Shown here in pieces: positions 60,979-64,000 of a stretch of DNA of 64,000 nt (positions within the stretch are counted from its first letter, which is position 1; each line of letters starts with the position of its first letter). The stretch spans positions 672,001 through 736,000 of the forward strand of contig CANJVR010000002.1 in the NCBI GenBank assembly GCA_947478395.1, in the 5' to 3' direction. This stretch comes from Opitutia bacterium. GTDB taxonomy: Bacteria > Verrucomicrobiota > Verrucomicrobiia > Opitutales > Opitutaceae. A program made the position numbers and the translations under genes. The notes under the pieces were generated by a model, which was not told the DNA's origin, searched no databases, and saw only the letters and a list, made by a program, of their open reading frames with translations.

Positions 60979-61867
60979 AGGCGGCGCGCTCGGCGATTTT
61001 ATCGTCACGCTACCAGCGCTCGCGGCCTTGCGCGCGCGGTGGCCTGCCGCCCGGATCGAATTCGCGGGAAACGCCATCGCTGCGCGGCTCGCGCTGACGC
61101 GCGGTTTGCTCGACGCGATCCACTCACAACATGAATCCCGCTGGGCGGCGCTCTACTCCGGGCGCCCGTTGCCTGCGGATTTCGCCGCGTGGCTCGCGCG
61201 CTTTGACCTCGTGCTCGCCTTCTGGCCCGATCCCGCCGGCGATCTTGCGCGCCATTTTCCTTTCTCTCCGGCGCAGACTTTTCTTTTCGAGACCGCCCAG
61301 CCGGCGACCGCGCCCGCCGCAGCGCATTTTTGCGCGCCGCTGCGTGGACTCGGCCTCGCGGTGCCGCCAGACCAGCTCTGCTTTCAGTTTTCGTTGCCGA
61401 AGCCAGAACAGTTCAGGACTGACGCGCCCGGCTCGCCGCAAATCGCAATTCATCCCGGCAGTGGATCGCCCACGAAAAACTGGCCGCTCGAACGGTGGCT
61501 CAAGCTTTGCTCGCAGCTCAAAACTTCCCATGACGCGGAGTTTCTGATCATCACCGGCGAGGCCGAGCCAGCCGCGACGCGCGACGCATTCGCCCACTTG
61601 GGTCGCTCCGCTCACGCTCTTCCGTTGGAAGAACTGATCGTCGCGATCGCGTCGTGCCGATTATTCCTCGGCCACGATTCCGGCGTAAGCCATCTCGCGG
61701 CGGCCTGCGGCGTACCGAGCGTGTTACTTTTTGGCCCGACCGATCCGGCTACATGGGCTCCGCCGGCACCGCACGTCAGTGTGATCAGGCAAGGCGGGAC
61801 GCTGCCGGCGATTTCCGTTTCTGACGTCGAGTCGATGGCGACGCATCTGCTCGCGGCGCAAAAATAA
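60956..61867 (+). CDS. Glycosyltransferase family 9 (heptosyltransferase-like)
   Basis: RGGALGDFI, IHPGSGS..KNWP, GHDSGVSHLAAA, LFGPTDP..WAP. Confidence 0.9.
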   Translation: MDRILILRGGALGDFIVTLPALAALRARWPAARIEFAGNAIAARLALTRGLLDAIHSQHESRWAALYSGRPLPADFAAWLARFDLVLAFWPDPAGDLARHFPFSPAQTFLFETAQPATAPAAAHFCAPLRGLGLAVPPDQLCFQFSLPKPEQFRTDAPGSPQIAIHPGSGSPTKNWPLERWLKLCSQLKTSHDAEFLIITGEAEPAATRDAFAHLGRSAHALPLEELIVAIASCRLFLGHDSGVSHLAAACGVPSVLLFGPTDPATWAPPAPHVSVIRQGGTLPAISVSDVESMATHLLAAQK

Positions 61868-62378
61868 AGCGCCAGCGTTTCGCCGCCCAAACCGGGCCCG
61901 CGTAGTCCACTCCGATCCGCGGAGTCGTATTCACCCTGCGCTTTGGCACCGTCACACCGCGATCTTCGATCCAAAGCGAATCCAAGGTGTCGGCTATCTT
62001 CGCATTGAACTGTCGGTCGATGCCCAGCGCTTTGGTTACCCGGCCCGGCCCGCTCGTACCTTCGACACCGCGGATCAAGACGGCGGCCGGCCAGTCTTTC
62101 GGTCCGACCACGAGGTTAAGCATTTCGTGAATTCCGTAGCAGAGATAAACGTACCAACGTCCGCCTTCGGCATAAAGCACTTGAGTTCGCCGGGTGCGCC
62201 CCGCGCGGGCGTGGCAGGCCAGATCACGTTCGCCGTCGTAGGCTTCGACTTCGGTGATCATACGCGCTGCTTCGCGCCCATCTGGCCAGCGTCGCACGAG
62301 AAATTTTCCCAGCAACGCTCGCGCGTGCGCCACGGTTCGCTTTTCGGCCCACGCTTTCGCTTTGATTATCCGCCCCAC
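61785..62378 (-). CDS. mpg: DNA-3-methyladenine glycosylase (AAG/MPG)
   Basis: ITEVEAY, DLACHA, YVYLCYGIH, AVLIR, GPGRV, TPRIGV, WRF. Confidence 0.92.
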   Translation of the reverse strand: MGRIIKAKAWAEKRTVAHARALLGKFLVRRWPDGREAARMITEVEAYDGERDLACHARAGRTRRTQVLYAEGGRWYVYLCYGIHEMLNLVVGPKDWPAAVLIRGVEGTSGPGRVTKALGIDRQFNAKIADTLDSLWIEDRGVTVPKRRVNTTPRIGVDYAGPVWAAKRWRFIFAPRADASPSTRRQKRKSPAASRLA

Positions 62379-62404
62379 GGCCTTTGATTGCGCGCAACTC
62401 TTTC

Positions 62405-63805
62405 GTGAACGCAACCACCGCGCGCTCAGCCGCCGCTCACCGCAAGGCCGATCTTCTTCGCAGCTTTCGCCTGTGCACGGCCGACGGCTTGGTTGCGATG
62501 CCAGTGGTCACGATGTCGCTGCCGGTAAATGTTTTTATCACCGCGCTGGTGACCAAGGCATTCGTGCTGCCCAAACCGGCGATCGGGCTGATGAGCGCGA
62601 TGCCCTTCCTCGCGAATTTCCTCCAGATCTTCACCGCCTCCGCCATCGCCCGCTGGCGTCCACCCCGCGTCGTCAGCGTAATCGCGGCCACGATCCACCT
62701 CACGCTCTGGGTCGCGCTCGGCGTTTTAATGCCGCTGATCCCGCGGGCCGACCCCGATGCCGCAGCCCGCTGGCTGATTCTCTGGTTTTTCATGTCGAGC
62801 TGCTTCGCGGCCGTCGCGGGCGTGACGTGGAATTCCTGGGTGCAAGAATGGGTGCCGCCCCGACTGCGGGGGAAATACTTTTCCCGCCGCAACGCATCCC
62901 TGCAGTTTTCCACGCTCACGTTCCTGTTTATTACCGGGTGGGTGCTGGCGCACTGGGACTACGCGATCCCGGCGTTCCAGGCGATCATCGCGGGCGCGGT
63001 ACTCACGCGGGGTTTTTCGCTGTACTGGCAGGGGATTGCGCCGACGCGTGCGCTGCCGCACGCGCACGTGCCGGCGCGATCGTTCAGCGAGCAAGTGCAG
63101 ATCCTGCGGCGGTCGTCCTCGTTTTTGCGGTTCATCGCATTCGGCGCGGTGTGGTCATTCGCCGCCAACTGTTTCGGACCATTCTATCACGTGTTCATGT
63201 TTGAACAGCTCCGGTTTTCCGCGTTCGACGTTGGCGTACTCTCCACGCTCACGGCGCTTGGCGGTGCGCTGGCGCTACCGGCTTGGGGTCGGTTGCTCGA
63301 TCGATTTGGCAACAAGCCAGTGATGACCTTCGCGCTAATCTGCTGGCAGCTGCAAAATTTTCTGTGGTGCTTCGTGACGCCCGCGAACCGGAATCTACTT
63401 TATGGCATGTGGGTGTTCGGCGGACTCACGAGCGCGTGTTTTGTTCTCGGTCAATTTACGCTTTTGCTCCGATTACTTCCCGTCGAAGCCAAAAATCTCG
63501 CGATCGGGCTAAACCTCGCGATCACGTCTCTGGTGGCCGCCATCGCTCCCATCGTCGGCGGCGCCGTCCTCGCCTGGGGGCTCGGGCGCTGGAGCGATAG
63601 CCTCGCCGTCTACCATACTACATTTCTCCTTCAGCCCATTCTGGCCATCGCGAGTGCGGCGATTCTTCTCAGCGTCCATGAACCCGCTGCCGGGTCGCTC
63701 ACGATGGTCTTCGGGGCGATGCGGAACATCCGCACGTTAGGCGGCGTGCTGGGGTTGGATTTCCTCATCAACTACGTTTTCTACCGCGGGCCGATGAAGC
63801 GGTAA
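62405..63805 (+). CDS. MFS transporter
   Basis: About 12 hydrophobic segments; RLRGKYF, WGRLLDRFGNKP. Start may be 62384. Confidence 0.88.
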   Translation: MNATTARSAAAHRKADLLRSFRLCTADGLVAMPVVTMSLPVNVFITALVTKAFVLPKPAIGLMSAMPFLANFLQIFTASAIARWRPPRVVSVIAATIHLTLWVALGVLMPLIPRADPDAAARWLILWFFMSSCFAAVAGVTWNSWVQEWVPPRLRGKYFSRRNASLQFSTLTFLFITGWVLAHWDYAIPAFQAIIAGAVLTRGFSLYWQGIAPTRALPHAHVPARSFSEQVQILRRSSSFLRFIAFGAVWSFAANCFGPFYHVFMFEQLRFSAFDVGVLSTLTALGGALALPAWGRLLDRFGNKPVMTFALICWQLQNFLWCFVTPANRNLLYGMWVFGGLTSACFVLGQFTLLLRLLPVEAKNLAIGLNLAITSLVAAIAPIVGGAVLAWGLGRWSDSLAVYHTTFLLQPILAIASAAILLSVHEPAAGSLTMVFGAMRNIRTLGGVLGLDFLINYVFYRGPMKR

Positions 63806-63952
63806 CCGCAGCAGCGCTTGCAGAGCCTACAGCCAAGCCGAATAACGCGTCGCCCGTGGATCAGCGCGCTTGGAGCGCTAGCCAGTAAGGACAATCGCCG
63901 GGTTAATCGGATAGCCTCGAGGTTTCCAGAGTGAGATTCGCCAAATAAAGCC

Positions 63953-63981
63953 TTGCGTTAGCTCCCGCGAAACCGTTTTTT
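63953..63981 (+). promoter_or_regulatory. Putative promoter for a gene starting at 63996 (off window)
   Basis: TTGCGT-17-TTTTTT, then ATG at 63996. Confidence 0.35.
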
Positions 63982-64000
63982 CTCCGTTTTTATTCATGAA

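Noticed and set aside
61785..61867. 83-bp convergent overlap of mpg and GT9
   Set aside because: The mpg conserved domain ends at WRF before the overlap; the tail is likely neutral read-through.

Overview
GC-rich bacterial chromosomal window. Gene content and style (LpxI, type-B L31/L36, opgGH, nuclease-ligase fusion, pyrimidine-rich start contexts) suggest Verrucomicrobiota/Opitutae; this is inference. About 50 CDSs, mostly housekeeping: DNA repair (uvrB, uvrA, family-4 UDG, mpg, MBL-nuclease/ATP-ligase fusion), SAM cycle (metK-ahcY), envelope and lipid genes (pgsA, pgpA, lpxI, GT9, opgGH, MacAB-like ABC, sppA, tandem HtrA/PDZ), leuS, coaD, aroQ and riboflavin synthase. Accessory modules are a methyltransferase/FAD-oxidoreductase/type III PKS triad and a probable rare L-sugar catabolic cluster with a GH2. 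Most notable: (1) a gene carrying the motif set of eukaryotic protein-arginine methyltransferases, directly downstream of an unannotated 33-aa Lys/Ala-rich histone-like ORF; (2) a small HTH gene boxed by three copies of a ~21-bp palindrome; (3) a CinA-like/NadD-like fusion; (4) a 122-bp MITE inserted at a TAA stop codon. No rRNA, tRNA, CRISPR array or transposase was recognised. All family assignments are by-eye motif recognition, not database searches.
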